Positions 38,477 to 48,859 of a DNA stretch of 64,000 nt are shown one piece after another. Position numbers and translations under genes: made by a program. Source of the DNA: Acidocella sp. (GTDB lineage: Bacteria > Pseudomonadota > Alphaproteobacteria > Acetobacterales > Acetobacteraceae); contig NZ_JBFWIX010000008.1 in assembly GCF_050253495.1 (NCBI RefSeq), forward strand, positions 63,189-127,188, in the 5' to 3' direction. Position 1 is the first letter of the stretch. Each line of letters starts with the position of its first letter. Under the pieces are notes generated by a model, which saw only the letters and a program-made list of their open reading frames with translations, was not told where the DNA came from and made no database searches.

Positions 38477-39714
38477 GCCTCGGGTTCCTTATGATGGTCC
38501 CACATTAACCTGGGGTCGAAAGTATTGACGGCGAGGATGGTCAGAACCACGACGGCGGCGAAGCACATGGCCCCTACATTGGCGGACACGTTGGCGAAAC
38601 GGCCGAAATGCACAAGCGCCACGAGGATGGAAACCATGAAGATGTCGATCATCGACCAGCGCCCAATGAAGTCGATCACTTTATATATGGTGGTGCGGCC
38701 ACGTAAATGGCGTGTGGTGCCGCGTTGGGTGCCAATCAGCATATAGGCAAGTCCCGCTAGTTTGAGCAGGGGGATGGTGATGCTGGCGAAAAGCACGAGC
38801 AGAGCCAAGGGCCAGAGGCCGGCATCGGCCAACTCGATAATTCCGCCTAGGATCGTGTAGGATTGTGTCTGTGCCAGGCTTGTGAGACTCATGAAAGGGT
38901 AAAGATTTGCCGGGATATAAAGGCAGGCCGCCGCGATGGTGAAAGCCCAGCTTCTGGAGATGCTCGCGGGCTTGCGCGGATATAGCGGGGAATGGCAGCG
39001 TTGGCATAAATGCCCCGGAGATGTGTGATTAACCTGCCCGCAAATCTCACAGCTGAGGATATCGGATGTGGGTGAGGGCGGCTGCTTGTCGCTCTCATCC
39101 AGCTTTCGCCAGATCATCTCCTGATCGAGGCTGGCATCGACGGCCGCCAGGGCAATCATCAAGCCGATCAACGCGTAAAGTGCCGTATCCAGATGAACCG
39201 TGAACATTCCCGTCAAACGGGTATAGGCCACGAGAAATCCAAGTAAATATACGTCGATCATGGCCCAGGGGGATAGCAGTGCATACCACCGGAACAGCGC
39301 CCTGAGAGGTGTTTTTGGCAGGTGGCTTTCGATTCCCAGAAGAGTGGCAATCACGATGCCAAGCTTTATGCCTGGAACGACCAGCGTGACCGCGAAAACC
39401 AGGGAGCCGACCAAGCCCCATCCGGCATCGGAGAGGCGAACGGGCCCGGTTTCGATTCGGGCCATGGCGAAGCGCCCATAGGCGGTTATCTCGATGAAGG
39501 GAGCGACCAGGGCAAAAATATAAAATAGCAGCCCGGCGATGGCACAGGCCAGCGGGAAATTGATGTTTGCCCGGCGGACACGCCATAATGTGCTCCCGCA
39601 TCTCGGGCATTCGGCGATGAGACCAGGCTGGCATTGGCTGAGGCGGGAAAGCTGGCCGCAATGCGGGCATTCACGCCAATGATCGCCGGGCAGGGCCCTT
39701 GCAGCTTCGGTCAT
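38473..39714 (-). CDS. pqiA: PqiA-like paraquat-inducible protein A (duplicated membrane module with CxxC pairs)
   Basis: Two halves, each with Cys pairs (CPHCG...CPRCG and CEICG...CQRCH) followed by TM bundles. Confidence 0.85.
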   Translation of the reverse strand: MTEAARALPGDHWRECPHCGQLSRLSQCQPGLIAECPRCGSTLWRVRRANINFPLACAIAGLLFYIFALVAPFIEITAYGRFAMARIETGPVRLSDAGWGLVGSLVFAVTLVVPGIKLGIVIATLLGIESHLPKTPLRALFRWYALLSPWAMIDVYLLGFLVAYTRLTGMFTVHLDTALYALIGLMIALAAVDASLDQEMIWRKLDESDKQPPSPTSDILSCEICGQVNHTSPGHLCQRCHSPLYPRKPASISRSWAFTIAAACLYIPANLYPFMSLTSLAQTQSYTILGGIIELADAGLWPLALLVLFASITIPLLKLAGLAYMLIGTQRGTTRHLRGRTTIYKVIDFIGRWSMIDIFMVSILVALVHFGRFANVSANVGAMCFAAVVVLTILAVNTFDPRLMWDHHKEPEA

Positions 39715-39792
39715 TGGCGGGTCGGGCAGGCTTTGCTCATCACCGTGAATCTGGACCTGAAAGGCCGCCGGTTCAAGCTTGGACGGCTGTTG

Positions 39793-41277
39793 TTACAAAT
39801 CCAGATCGAGTTGGGCGGGTTTAGGCATGCCTGAGGCTTTCACGGTGGCTTGTCCGTCTGCAAACCTTAGGCGCAGTGTGGTGCCTGGGGAAATGTCCGC
39901 GGCGGCCGTGATGGGGGTTCCGCGTGTCGTGGTGACGAGGGCGAAGCCACGCGCGAGGACGCGCTGGTAAGAGACCGATTCCAGCCGGGAGGCCAGAGTT
40001 TCCAGCCTAATCGATGCTTCCTTTCGGCGATTGTGGATCTGGGGGGAGAGGCGTTGGATCAACAATGCCAGCGCGGCTTGCCGCTTTGCGATTTCACCGC
40101 TTGGCTGGATTAGACGATAGGAGGTGGCTTCAAACCGCTTTTGGGCCATGCGCATGAGGTCGGGCAGGGACTTCGTCAATCTATGCCCCAGAAACTCGAC
40201 GCGTCCGTTTAGCCCGGTCAATATCTCGCGCGGATGGCGTGGAACCAGCCTTTCCAACCGAGCCCGACGGGCTGATATGTAATTTGGCAAGGCCAGCGTC
40301 AGGCGTTCAGCCCGGTCATCAAGCCGCTGCCGGATGGTACCGAGCATGGCGGGCAGGTCGGGCAGTTTCGAGGCGGCTCGTTCCAGAGAGGCGGAGGCTT
40401 GTGTCGTGCGGCGCGCTAGCGCACCGTCGAGGCGCGCGGTCTGTTGGCCAAGATCTGCCAATAATTCCAGCCTGGCGGGAACCGCCATTTCAGCGGCTGC
40501 CGTTGGGGTTGGCGCGCGACGGGAGGACGCGAAATCGATCAAGGTTGTGTCGGTTTCGTGACCGACGGCGGAGATCAGGGGTATCCGGCTGGCCGCCGCG
40601 GCGCGAACCACGCTTTCCTCGTTGAAAGCCATCAGATCTTCCAGGCTTCCGCCCCCGCGGGCGACGATCAGCACATCCGGTTGGGGGAAGTCGGCGGGCA
40701 AATTGTTGAACCCCGTGATCGCGGTGGCGATTTTATCGGCCGCTCCGTCGCCTTGAACAGGGACGGGCCAGAGCAGAATGGGGCGAGGAAACCTGCGGGC
40801 AATGGTGGTTTTAATATCTTGCAGGACAGCACCTTGGGCCGAGGTGATCACGCCGATGACCCGCGGCAGGAGAGGCAATGCCCGCTTGCGCTGGAATAGC
40901 CCTTCCGCATGGAGTTTTGTTTTCAGGGCTTCGATTCGTGCCAATAAAGCGCCGACGCCGGCATATTCCAGCCTTTCGACGATCAATTGGTATTCCGAAC
41001 GCTCGGGATAGGAGGTCAGCTTGCCCGTGGCGATGACCTCAACGCCATTTTCAGCCTTTAGACCGATGCGGGAGGCAGCACCTTTCCAGATAATCGCGCG
41101 GATTTTGGCGTTTTCATCCTTGAGGGCAAAATATTGATGTCCGGATGCGTAAGCTCTGAGTTCGGTGATTTCCCCACGAACCCGGACGCGGCTGAATGAA
41201 CCCTCCAATGTGCGTTTTACGGCACTGGCGATTTCAGAGACTGTGAATTCGGGGGTGTTCTGGCCGGTTTCGCTCAT
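39793..41277 (-). CDS. xseA: Exodeoxyribonuclease VII large subunit
   Basis: N-terminal OB-fold (FTVSEIASAVKRTLE, VRGEITE) and the central block VARGGGSLEDL. Confidence 0.9.
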   Translation of the reverse strand: MSETGQNTPEFTVSEIASAVKRTLEGSFSRVRVRGEITELRAYASGHQYFALKDENAKIRAIIWKGAASRIGLKAENGVEVIATGKLTSYPERSEYQLIVERLEYAGVGALLARIEALKTKLHAEGLFQRKRALPLLPRVIGVITSAQGAVLQDIKTTIARRFPRPILLWPVPVQGDGAADKIATAITGFNNLPADFPQPDVLIVARGGGSLEDLMAFNEESVVRAAAASRIPLISAVGHETDTTLIDFASSRRAPTPTAAAEMAVPARLELLADLGQQTARLDGALARRTTQASASLERAASKLPDLPAMLGTIRQRLDDRAERLTLALPNYISARRARLERLVPRHPREILTGLNGRVEFLGHRLTKSLPDLMRMAQKRFEATSYRLIQPSGEIAKRQAALALLIQRLSPQIHNRRKEASIRLETLASRLESVSYQRVLARGFALVTTTRGTPITAAADISPGTTLRLRFADGQATVKASGMPKPAQLDLDL

Positions 41278-41325
41278 GAGGGAAGATTATGATACAGCGC
41301 GCTCCGGTCATAGAGGGGGTACGAT

Positions 41326-42606
41326 ATGAGGGTTTTGATTGTCGGTTCGGGTGGACGGGAACATGCGTTGGCCTGGGCGATCGCCAAGAGCCCCCTGTTG
41401 ACCAAGCTTTACGTCGCACCGGGAAATCCCGGTACGGCGGCGATCGCCGAAAATGTGCCTTTGCGGACGGTGGATATAGCCGGTATCGTGGCGTTTGCGA
41501 AAGATCAGAAGATTGACCTTGTCGTGCCAGGACCGGAAGCGCCGTTGGTGGGCGGGATCGCCGATGCATTGTTGGAGGCGGGAATCGCCTGCTTCGGGCC
41601 ATCCCAGGCGGCGGCGGCTCTTGAGGGAAGCAAGATTTTCACGAAGCAGGTTGCTGATGCGGCGGGTATTCCAACCGCGCGATGGGAAAAATTTTCCGAT
41701 GCTGAAACCGCCCATGCCTATGTTGAAGCGGCGGGCGCTCCGATCGTGGTCAAGGCGGACGGGTTGGCGGCTGGCAAGGGGGTTGTCGTCGCGATGACGC
41801 TGGATGAGGCACATGAAGCCATCACCGCGATCATGGAGGATAAGGTTCATGGCGCGGCGGGGGCGGAAGTGGTGATCGAACAATGCTTGGTGGGAGAAGA
41901 GATTTCCGTCTTTGCCTTGTGCGATGGCGAAGAGGCGTTGTTCTTTGGTGCCGCCGCCGATCATAAGCGTGTCGGAGAGGGGGATACTGGTCCGAACACG
42001 GGAGGCATGGGAGCCATTTTTAATCCGCCTTGGGCCACGGAGGATGTAATCCGCCGCGGCATGGAGGAGATCGTGAGGCCGGCTCTCAAGGAAATGAAGA
42101 ACCGCGGGACGCCGTTCAGGGGGTTTTTGTTCGCGGGTTTGATGGTGGAGGCGGATGGGCCGAAGCTGATTGAGTTCAATGTCCGTTTCGGGGATCCGGA
42201 ATGTGAGACGATTCTGCCAATGCTCGAATCCGACCTGCTGGCGGTGTTGCGCGCGGCGGTGGCCGGTGAATTGGCGGATGTGCGGGTCGCGTGGCGGACA
42301 GGAGGCTCCGCGACCGTGGTGATGTGCGCGAAGGGCTACCCGGGAGCCTATGCCACGGGTAGTGAGATTTATGGCCTGGAGGAGGCTGGTTGTTTGCCTG
42401 ATGTAACGATTTTCCATGCTGGAACCATGGCCGAGCAGGAGGGGGTTTTAGCCAATGGTGGCAGGGTTCTGGCCGTGAATGCCATCGGCACGGATCTATC
42501 GGTGGCGTTGGCCCGCGCCTATGAAGCCATCGACCGATTGGATTGGGAGGATGGGTTTTGCCGCAGGGACATCGGGCGGCGGGCATTGAGAGCGCTCCAC
42601 GCCTAG
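41326..42606 (+). CDS. purD: Phosphoribosylamine--glycine ligase
   Basis: MRVLIVGSGGREHALAW, APGNPG and VVKADGLAAGKGV are canonical PurD blocks. Confidence 0.95.
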   Translation: MRVLIVGSGGREHALAWAIAKSPLLTKLYVAPGNPGTAAIAENVPLRTVDIAGIVAFAKDQKIDLVVPGPEAPLVGGIADALLEAGIACFGPSQAAAALEGSKIFTKQVADAAGIPTARWEKFSDAETAHAYVEAAGAPIVVKADGLAAGKGVVVAMTLDEAHEAITAIMEDKVHGAAGAEVVIEQCLVGEEISVFALCDGEEALFFGAAADHKRVGEGDTGPNTGGMGAIFNPPWATEDVIRRGMEEIVRPALKEMKNRGTPFRGFLFAGLMVEADGPKLIEFNVRFGDPECETILPMLESDLLAVLRAAVAGELADVRVAWRTGGSATVVMCAKGYPGAYATGSEIYGLEEAGCLPDVTIFHAGTMAEQEGVLANGGRVLAVNAIGTDLSVALARAYEAIDRLDWEDGFCRRDIGRRALRALHA

Positions 42607-42677
42607 CTTGGGGCGTTGGCGCGGTAATGACCGGACACGCAACCGTGTGGGCCGGCCTTGGCGCGGGCGGACAGCGG

Positions 42678-43820
42678 TCAGGAAGCGGGGTTGGATGTTG
42701 CCGCCTGCCGGATGGACAAAATGCCGCAACAGCCGGTCAGGGCCAAGGTGGTTAAGCCAACCGGGAAGCCCGCGGGCCCCATATTGGCCATGCAAAATCC
42801 TAAGATAGGTGGCCCGGCAATACCGCCAAGGGTGTAGACGACCATTGCGAGCGACATGGCGCTGGCCAATTCCAGGCCTGAATAGCATGAGGCGAGAAAC
42901 ACGATTCCAAGGGTGAATAGTCCGCCTTGGGCTATGCCCCATGCGGTCAGCCAGGGCCAGATCCCCGCCTGAAGGTTGAGGGCCAAGCCAAGAGGCAGCG
43001 CGACCATGGCGCAGGCGGTGAGATTACGCAGCTTCGGTCGGTCCAGATGGTCCGCGAGGGTACCGATCAGCACAGCCCCCAAAGCCGCGCCCGCTTGTAC
43101 GGCGACCACCAGAAGGGCCGCGAGATGGACGGAAAGGCCGCGAGAAAGGCCGAAAAGCGGCAAAAGCGACAGGTTGCTGGCTTCCGTGAGGCCGACAAGA
43201 AAAATACCGATGAAAGCCGCGGGCTCACGCAGCACAATATCGCGCTGGCGCATGGGTTTCATGCCGGGCTGGGTGGTGTGTGGTGCTTCCCGCCCGGTAA
43301 AGAGCATCAGGATGGCCGCTGCCGCCGTGACGATGGCGCCCGCGATGAAGGGAGCCTGTCCAGTGCTGCCGGAGATTGCCAGCACACCAGGCCCCACCGC
43401 CATCGAGCCGCTCAGGATCAATTCATAAAGGCCTGTAAGGCGGCCGCGCAGATGGGCGGGAAAGCTGCCATTCATCCAGGTGTCCAGCCCGGCCCAGCGC
43501 AGCGCCAAGGCGGCTCCCATAATCAGGCAGAGCAGACTCCAGAGCAGAATGTTATGGGTGATGGCGAAACCAAGGAAAACCAGCGCGGCGGCCACCATGC
43601 CCGTGAGTACCATGCGTTGCAGTCCAAGTCTGCGGATAATGGCGGGAATGAAGACCGACATGGCCAGCAATCCGGCCCATGGCAGACCTGAGATGATGCC
43701 GACCCAAAGATCTCCCACGCCCTGGTTGCGTAGCGCGACGGACAGAAGGGGCAGGAACATCCAAAATGCCCCGGCTCCAAAAAAAGCGGCGCTGACGGCG
43801 ATGACGAGCCTGTACGACAT
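42678..43820 (-). CDS. MFS transporter
   Basis: 380 aa, about 12 TM segments, with MFS-like loop motifs. Confidence 0.8.
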   Translation of the reverse strand: MSYRLVIAVSAAFFGAGAFWMFLPLLSVALRNQGVGDLWVGIISGLPWAGLLAMSVFIPAIIRRLGLQRMVLTGMVAAALVFLGFAITHNILLWSLLCLIMGAALALRWAGLDTWMNGSFPAHLRGRLTGLYELILSGSMAVGPGVLAISGSTGQAPFIAGAIVTAAAAILMLFTGREAPHTTQPGMKPMRQRDIVLREPAAFIGIFLVGLTEASNLSLLPLFGLSRGLSVHLAALLVVAVQAGAALGAVLIGTLADHLDRPKLRNLTACAMVALPLGLALNLQAGIWPWLTAWGIAQGGLFTLGIVFLASCYSGLELASAMSLAMVVYTLGGIAGPPILGFCMANMGPAGFPVGLTTLALTGCCGILSIRQAATSNPAS

Positions 43821-43822
43821 GG

Positions 43823-45580
43823 TCAGGCCGCCAGGGCCTGCGCCCTGACCAGCTTGGCGAAGGCGCCGTTTTGAGCCAGCAAGGCCTCGTGTGATCCGGT
43901 TTCCACGGCTCGCCCATCCGACATGACGACGATTTGATCCGCATCGCGGACAGTGGAAAGCCGGTGTGCTACAACAATAGTTGTACGCCCCTCCCGGAGC
44001 CGGGCCAGCGCCGCTTGCACCAGGGCCTCGCTCTCAGTATCGAGGGCGCTTGTTGCTTCATCCAGCAACAGGATGCGTGGATTGCGCAGGATGGCCCTGG
44101 CGATGGCCACGCGCTGGCGCTGGCCACCGGAGAGGCGTTGGCCGTTCACACCGACACGGGTGGCGAAGCCCTCGGGCATGTCGGCGATGAAACCGCAGGC
44201 GGCGGCATCAGCCGCGGCGGTGATCTCTTCGTCTGTCGCGTCGGGGCGGCCAAGGCGGATATTCGCGCTGATCGTGTCGTCGAACAGCAAGGCTTCCTGC
44301 CCCACATAGGCAATGGAGCCGCGCAAGGAGTTCAGGGTGACATGCTCTATATCCGAGCCATCTATGAAAATATGACCTTCATTGGGGTCGTAAAGCCGGG
44401 GAATGAGAGCCAAGGCGGTCGATTTGCCGGCGCCGGAAGTGCCGACAAGGGCGAGCATTTTTCCTGGAGCGGCTCTGAAACTGAGGTTTTTCAGGCCGGG
44501 GCGGCCGTCTGGATAGGCGAAGGCGACATGATCGAAGACGACTTCTCCTGGTCCTTGGGGCAACATCACGGCATCCGCGCTGTCGGCGATCGCGGGAGGT
44601 TCGTCGATCACTTGGAAGACACGCACCAGACCGGCGAGCCCTTCTTGAATCGCGGCATTCATGGTGCCGAGCGCGCGTAGGGGGCGGGCGGCGATGAGCA
44701 GGGCCGAGACGAACCCCATGAAATTGCCGACACCAGCGCCGCCTGTCGCATTTCGCCAGCCTTCCAGGCCGATGACGCCCGCGACCGCTACACCGGCGAG
44801 CACTTCCAGCATCGGGTCAAGACGTGAACGGACGCGCGTCATGCGGATCAATGCGGTATAGAGGTCGGCGAAGGTTTTTTCCGCGCGTGAATGTTCATGT
44901 GTTTCGAGGCCATAGGCCCGGACAGTGCGAGCTTGGGAGAAGCTTTCATTCAGCACGGCAGCGGCTTGCCCCATGCGCTCCTGCATGCCGCCGGATGCGC
45001 GGCGCATGCGTTTGCCGATTTTCTGCACGGGTATGACGGCGATCGGGTAAATCAAGGCCGCGATCAGGCTGAGCTTCCAATCGATAGTGATCATGGTGAC
45101 CACCAGACCGATGACCGTCGCGGCATCGGCCACGGCATTGACGGCGCGGGTCATGGCTTCGCGGATGACAGTGGCGTCGGTCGTGAAGCGGGCGGCGAGT
45201 TGGGCGGGGGCCTCGCGCTCCACACGCGACAGGGACGCCGCGGTCAGATGCCGGAACATGGCCAGTTGCAGACGGCGGATGACCAGAAGCACCATGTCTT
45301 GTGTCAAAACGGCCTGGAAATACATGGACAGGCCCTTAATGGCCGTCACGGCCAGCACCATCAGCGGCACTTGATAGAGGATACGCGGGTCCTTGCGGGC
45401 AAACATGGTGAAAGCCCAGTCGATCAGGACGGGGTAGAGCGCTGTTGCGCCGGACATCACCAGCGTCGTGACGACGATTAAGACAATCCGCCAGCGGTAA
45501 TTGCGGACATGCTCGCGCCATAGACGGCTGATAAGGGCAGGCGTGGATGCGGTTGTGGTCATGGTCGCGTGGTTAAGCAC
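43823..45580 (-). CDS. ABC exporter, fused permease/ATPase (MsbA-like)
   Basis: N-terminal 6-TM domain. Walker A GTSGAGKST, signature LSGGQRQR, Walker B LLLDEATSALD. Confidence 0.9.
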   Translation of the reverse strand: MLNHATMTTTASTPALISRLWREHVRNYRWRIVLIVVTTLVMSGATALYPVLIDWAFTMFARKDPRILYQVPLMVLAVTAIKGLSMYFQAVLTQDMVLLVIRRLQLAMFRHLTAASLSRVEREAPAQLAARFTTDATVIREAMTRAVNAVADAATVIGLVVTMITIDWKLSLIAALIYPIAVIPVQKIGKRMRRASGGMQERMGQAAAVLNESFSQARTVRAYGLETHEHSRAEKTFADLYTALIRMTRVRSRLDPMLEVLAGVAVAGVIGLEGWRNATGGAGVGNFMGFVSALLIAARPLRALGTMNAAIQEGLAGLVRVFQVIDEPPAIADSADAVMLPQGPGEVVFDHVAFAYPDGRPGLKNLSFRAAPGKMLALVGTSGAGKSTALALIPRLYDPNEGHIFIDGSDIEHVTLNSLRGSIAYVGQEALLFDDTISANIRLGRPDATDEEITAAADAAACGFIADMPEGFATRVGVNGQRLSGGQRQRVAIARAILRNPRILLLDEATSALDTESEALVQAALARLREGRTTIVVAHRLSTVRDADQIVVMSDGRAVETGSHEALLAQNGAFAKLVRAQALAA

Positions 45581-45618
45581 AGTTTGGGGCAGAGCAAAAA
45601 TGCGCTACAGCGCCAGCC

Positions 45619-46290
45619 ATGGATACGATCTATAAGGGGGACATCACGACCAGGAAGGGGCGGCGCAATGCCTGGCTGGACGCATTGTTTGTGGATCATG
45701 CCGTGTTACGTCTGCTTTGGACCAATTTTGCCGTGGTGGTACCTGGCAAGCTCTATCGATCCAACCATCCCACCCCGGGTAATTTACGCCGTTTCGCCCG
45801 CAAGGTAGGGCTGAAAAGCCTTATCAATTTACGAGGACAAGCCAAGAACGGCTCCGATGCGCTCTCACGCGAGGAAGCACGGCGTCTTGGGCTGGATTTT
45901 TACGATATGGCCTTCGAATCCAGAGGGGCGCCGCATAAGGAGCGAATCCTTCGTTTGGCGGGCATATTTCAGCAGATGCAGGGTCCAGCCTTGATTCACT
46001 GTAAATCGGGCGCGGACAGGGCGGGGTTGGTGGCTGGGCTTTATATCCTGATCAATGGCGGAACGGCGGCCGAGGCCATGCGGCAGCTCTCCTGGCGGTT
46101 TGGCCATATAAAACATTCAAAAACAGGAATTTTGGATGATTTCGTGCGGTTGTATCAGCAAACCGCGGAAGGTAGGAAACAGTTCTTGGACTGGGTGCGC
46201 GAGGAGTATGACGAGGAAGGGCTGCGTGCGGCTTTTCGCGCGGGACGCGTGGCGGAATTCATCAATGGCCGGTTGTTGAGGCGCGAATAG
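45619..46290 (+). CDS. Protein-tyrosine/dual-specificity phosphatase family protein
   Basis: CX5R active-site loop HCKSGADRAG. Confidence 0.7.
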   Translation: MDTIYKGDITTRKGRRNAWLDALFVDHAVLRLLWTNFAVVVPGKLYRSNHPTPGNLRRFARKVGLKSLINLRGQAKNGSDALSREEARRLGLDFYDMAFESRGAPHKERILRLAGIFQQMQGPALIHCKSGADRAGLVAGLYILINGGTAAEAMRQLSWRFGHIKHSKTGILDDFVRLYQQTAEGRKQFLDWVREEYDEEGLRAAFRAGRVAEFINGRLLRRE

Positions 46291-46299
46291 ACGGGCAAT

Positions 46300-47184
46300 T
46301 CATTTACCCGCCGGTTCGGGTTTGGACGTCTTCTTGAGAATCTCGTTTTGGATGACACTCAAGATGCCTCCGGCAGCCTCCTTGGTGGCCGCGGCGGCGA
46401 CATCGCCCCAATAGGGTGAAACGTCGCTTTGGGAGAGTTCGTGTATCTGGGTAACCTTGCCCGCAACGCGGTTGTTTGTGTCCCGCACGGTCCAATCCAG
46501 TTCCACGAGTAGTTTCCCTTGCCCCTGAGGGGTTGCCTTTACCTTGCCTGTGACCGTGAAATCAGCCTGTTGCTTGTCCTTGACTTGCTCCAGATTGGGG
46601 CCTTGCAGGGCGCGCGACAAATCCGTTGGCAAGGATGTGTCGCCATCGCCTGGCGCACCGGTGATTGTACCGATGAAAATGCGGGGTGTCCGGTTTTCCA
46701 GTGAGTGGGGGTTGCTGTGCTGAATATTGGCGTTGATTCGTGTCATCAGCTTCGACAAGCTGGGGGCGTCGGCTGAGGCGGTTTGCGCGAGGGCCGTCTT
46801 GTCGCCATCGGCCCATTCTTTCGCGCCGACTGGTTTGCCGGTTTCTTTCCCGTAGGATTTTCCATCGGGCCCGATGACATCGTAGGATGGAATGACCTTG
46901 TTTCCGCTGAGCGTGGCGGTAATTTGCAAATGCCAGTTATCTTTTTGTACTGGTCCCGCCACGCTGGGTACATCATAGGCCGCGAGTTGACCGGCGAGAT
47001 CGCGCGCGTAAATTGGCGCGGCGTCGTTGCCTAGGAGGGCGGTGCTTGGTGTGGGCACCATCAGAACAGGAGCCGGGGGAACCGCCAACTTGGCGGCGGC
47101 CGGGCCAGGGTTGCCATAAAAAGGCTGGGGTAGGGTGCCGCACCCCGTAAGAAGAACAGCTAAAAGAAAAGAGGCGCGTTTCAT
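46300..47184 (-). CDS. Lipoprotein of unknown function
   Basis: Lipobox LLTGCG. I recognise no family. The ATGA overlap with the pgeF stop uses the second Met of the ORF. Confidence 0.6.
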   Translation of the reverse strand: MKRASFLLAVLLTGCGTLPQPFYGNPGPAAAKLAVPPAPVLMVPTPSTALLGNDAAPIYARDLAGQLAAYDVPSVAGPVQKDNWHLQITATLSGNKVIPSYDVIGPDGKSYGKETGKPVGAKEWADGDKTALAQTASADAPSLSKLMTRINANIQHSNPHSLENRTPRIFIGTITGAPGDGDTSLPTDLSRALQGPNLEQVKDKQQADFTVTGKVKATPQGQGKLLVELDWTVRDTNNRVAGKVTQIHELSQSDVSPYWGDVAAAATKEAAGGILSVIQNEILKKTSKPEPAGK

Positions 47185-47918
47185 GAGCATATGACGGAGA
47201 TTTGGTGGCCGGTCGCGGGGGCTTGCCGCAAGGTCTTGCGGCGATAGGAGAAAAACAGGGTTTCCTCGGCATATGTATCATGTGGGAGGATCGAGGCTGC
47301 AATGCCAAGGCGCGCCAAGCGGCTCATGCAATAGCCGGGAAGGTCGAAATGGAAATGCCCTGGATCGCCAGGAGTGAAGAACTCAATGCTCCGGTCCGAT
47401 TCGGACAGAATTTGATCATGCAGATCATGGCCGACTTCATAGCTTTTTTGATGAATGCAGGGCCCGATGGTGGCTTGGATGGCCTCCGCGCCGAGGGCGC
47501 GCAATGCGCGGATGGTTTCTTCAAGCACCCCTGCGAGCGCGCCGCGCCACCCCGCGTGCGCCGCGCCAATGGCGCCATTGTCGCCCGCAAACAGAACAGG
47601 CGCGCAGTCGGCGGTGATGATGCCAAGGGCTAACCCTGGGAGGGTGGTGACGAAAGCGTCTGCTTCGGGACCGGCCCCTTCGTCCCAGGGGGCTGTGACG
47701 GTGATGACTTTTGGGCCATGAACCTGTTTGAGACCCAGCAAGGCTTCAGGCCGTGCGCCGAGGGCCGATGCGGCACGGGCACGGTTTTGTCGCACATTAT
47801 GCCTGTCGTCGGATGAAAAACTGCAATTCAGGCTGGCGTAGTACCCAGCCGAAACGCCGCCATGACGGGTAAAGAAACCATGGCGGGCCGGCAGGGAAGA
47901 AGAAATGAACTCAGTCAT
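47181..47918 (-). CDS. pgeF: Peptidoglycan editing factor PgeF (YfiH / polyphenol-oxidase-like)
   Basis: Typical YfiH-family blocks: GFFTRHGGVS, ADCAPVL, HAGWRG. Confidence 0.8.
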   Translation of the reverse strand: MTEFISSSLPARHGFFTRHGGVSAGYYASLNCSFSSDDRHNVRQNRARAASALGARPEALLGLKQVHGPKVITVTAPWDEGAGPEADAFVTTLPGLALGIITADCAPVLFAGDNGAIGAAHAGWRGALAGVLEETIRALRALGAEAIQATIGPCIHQKSYEVGHDLHDQILSESDRSIEFFTPGDPGHFHFDLPGYCMSRLARLGIAASILPHDTYAEETLFFSYRRKTLRQAPATGHQISVICS

Positions 47919-48859
47919 GCAAATCCTGGCAGAGGCGGCAGATGGGCTGGGCAGACAGCCAGCGCCTTGAACAGGCTGCCCATCGCTTCCGGTGCCGTCA
48001 AGCGTTGCACGGAAAGCCGCAGGTCCAAGGCCTTGCCGGGATGCCGGCGGGCGAGAACATCGCTACGTTGATACAGGCCAAGCGATGTTAGAAAAAAATT
48101 CTGTTTCACCGGCCCCTGGGTATGGACCGCCCGCTTGATGGCGCTGAAATCGACATGAGCGGTAATATCGGCCGTTCCGGGTGTTGCAAGGGGAGAGGCA
48201 TAAGCGCCGTCGCGGATGGCCTGTATGCTGTCTCCGGGGGCGCTATCGGCGGGGCCGTAATCGATGAATAATCCTATGGCATCGCGTGCGGCCAGGGTCG
48301 TGCAAAATTCGATGGCGGCTTCGTTGACCTCCCGTACGGTGCCGGGCGGATCGTCCGGCAGTGCCGCGCCTGTATGAGTGGCGGGTAACTCAATGAAACT
48401 GCCATTCGCGACATGGCGTTCCATCCATCCCGCGTCCCGGCGGATGAATTGGCGCACGGGCAAGGCGTCCAGGAACTCGTTGGCGATCAGGATCAGCGGT
48501 CCGGGGGGCAGGGAGGCGAGAGAAGCATGCCAATTGGCGTGGGGAACGCGGCTGGCCTGTTCGGCTCTCAGGGTGGGAGAGGTTTCGATGAAATGCACAT
48601 TGGGCGTTGGCCATACACGCAAGGCATCGGCCATCAGCACGCCCCGGCCTGGACCGGCCTCGGCGAGAATGATGTCTTGCGGCGCGCCGAGCATTTGCCA
48701 AACCACCTTGGCCCATGCCCCGAGCAGTTCGCCGAAAACCTGGGTGATTTCGGGAGCGGTCGTGAAATCCCGCCCGAACCGGCCCCGCGCATAATAAGCG
48801 GCGTTGGCACGGGCCATGAAATGGTCGAAACGCTCAGGCTGCACGCTTGGAACGCGCAT
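47915..48859 (-). CDS. MidA/NDUFAF7-family class I SAM-dependent methyltransferase
   Basis: Blocks DFTTAPEISQVFGEL-like (here DFTTAPEITQVFGEL), EAGPGRG and ANEFLDALP. I placed the start at MRVPSVQ, 26 nt inside the 3' end of lgt. Confidence 0.75.
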   Translation of the reverse strand: MRVPSVQPERFDHFMARANAAYYARGRFGRDFTTAPEITQVFGELLGAWAKVVWQMLGAPQDIILAEAGPGRGVLMADALRVWPTPNVHFIETSPTLRAEQASRVPHANWHASLASLPPGPLILIANEFLDALPVRQFIRRDAGWMERHVANGSFIELPATHTGAALPDDPPGTVREVNEAAIEFCTTLAARDAIGLFIDYGPADSAPGDSIQAIRDGAYASPLATPGTADITAHVDFSAIKRAVHTQGPVKQNFFLTSLGLYQRSDVLARRHPGKALDLRLSVQRLTAPEAMGSLFKALAVCPAHLPPLPGFA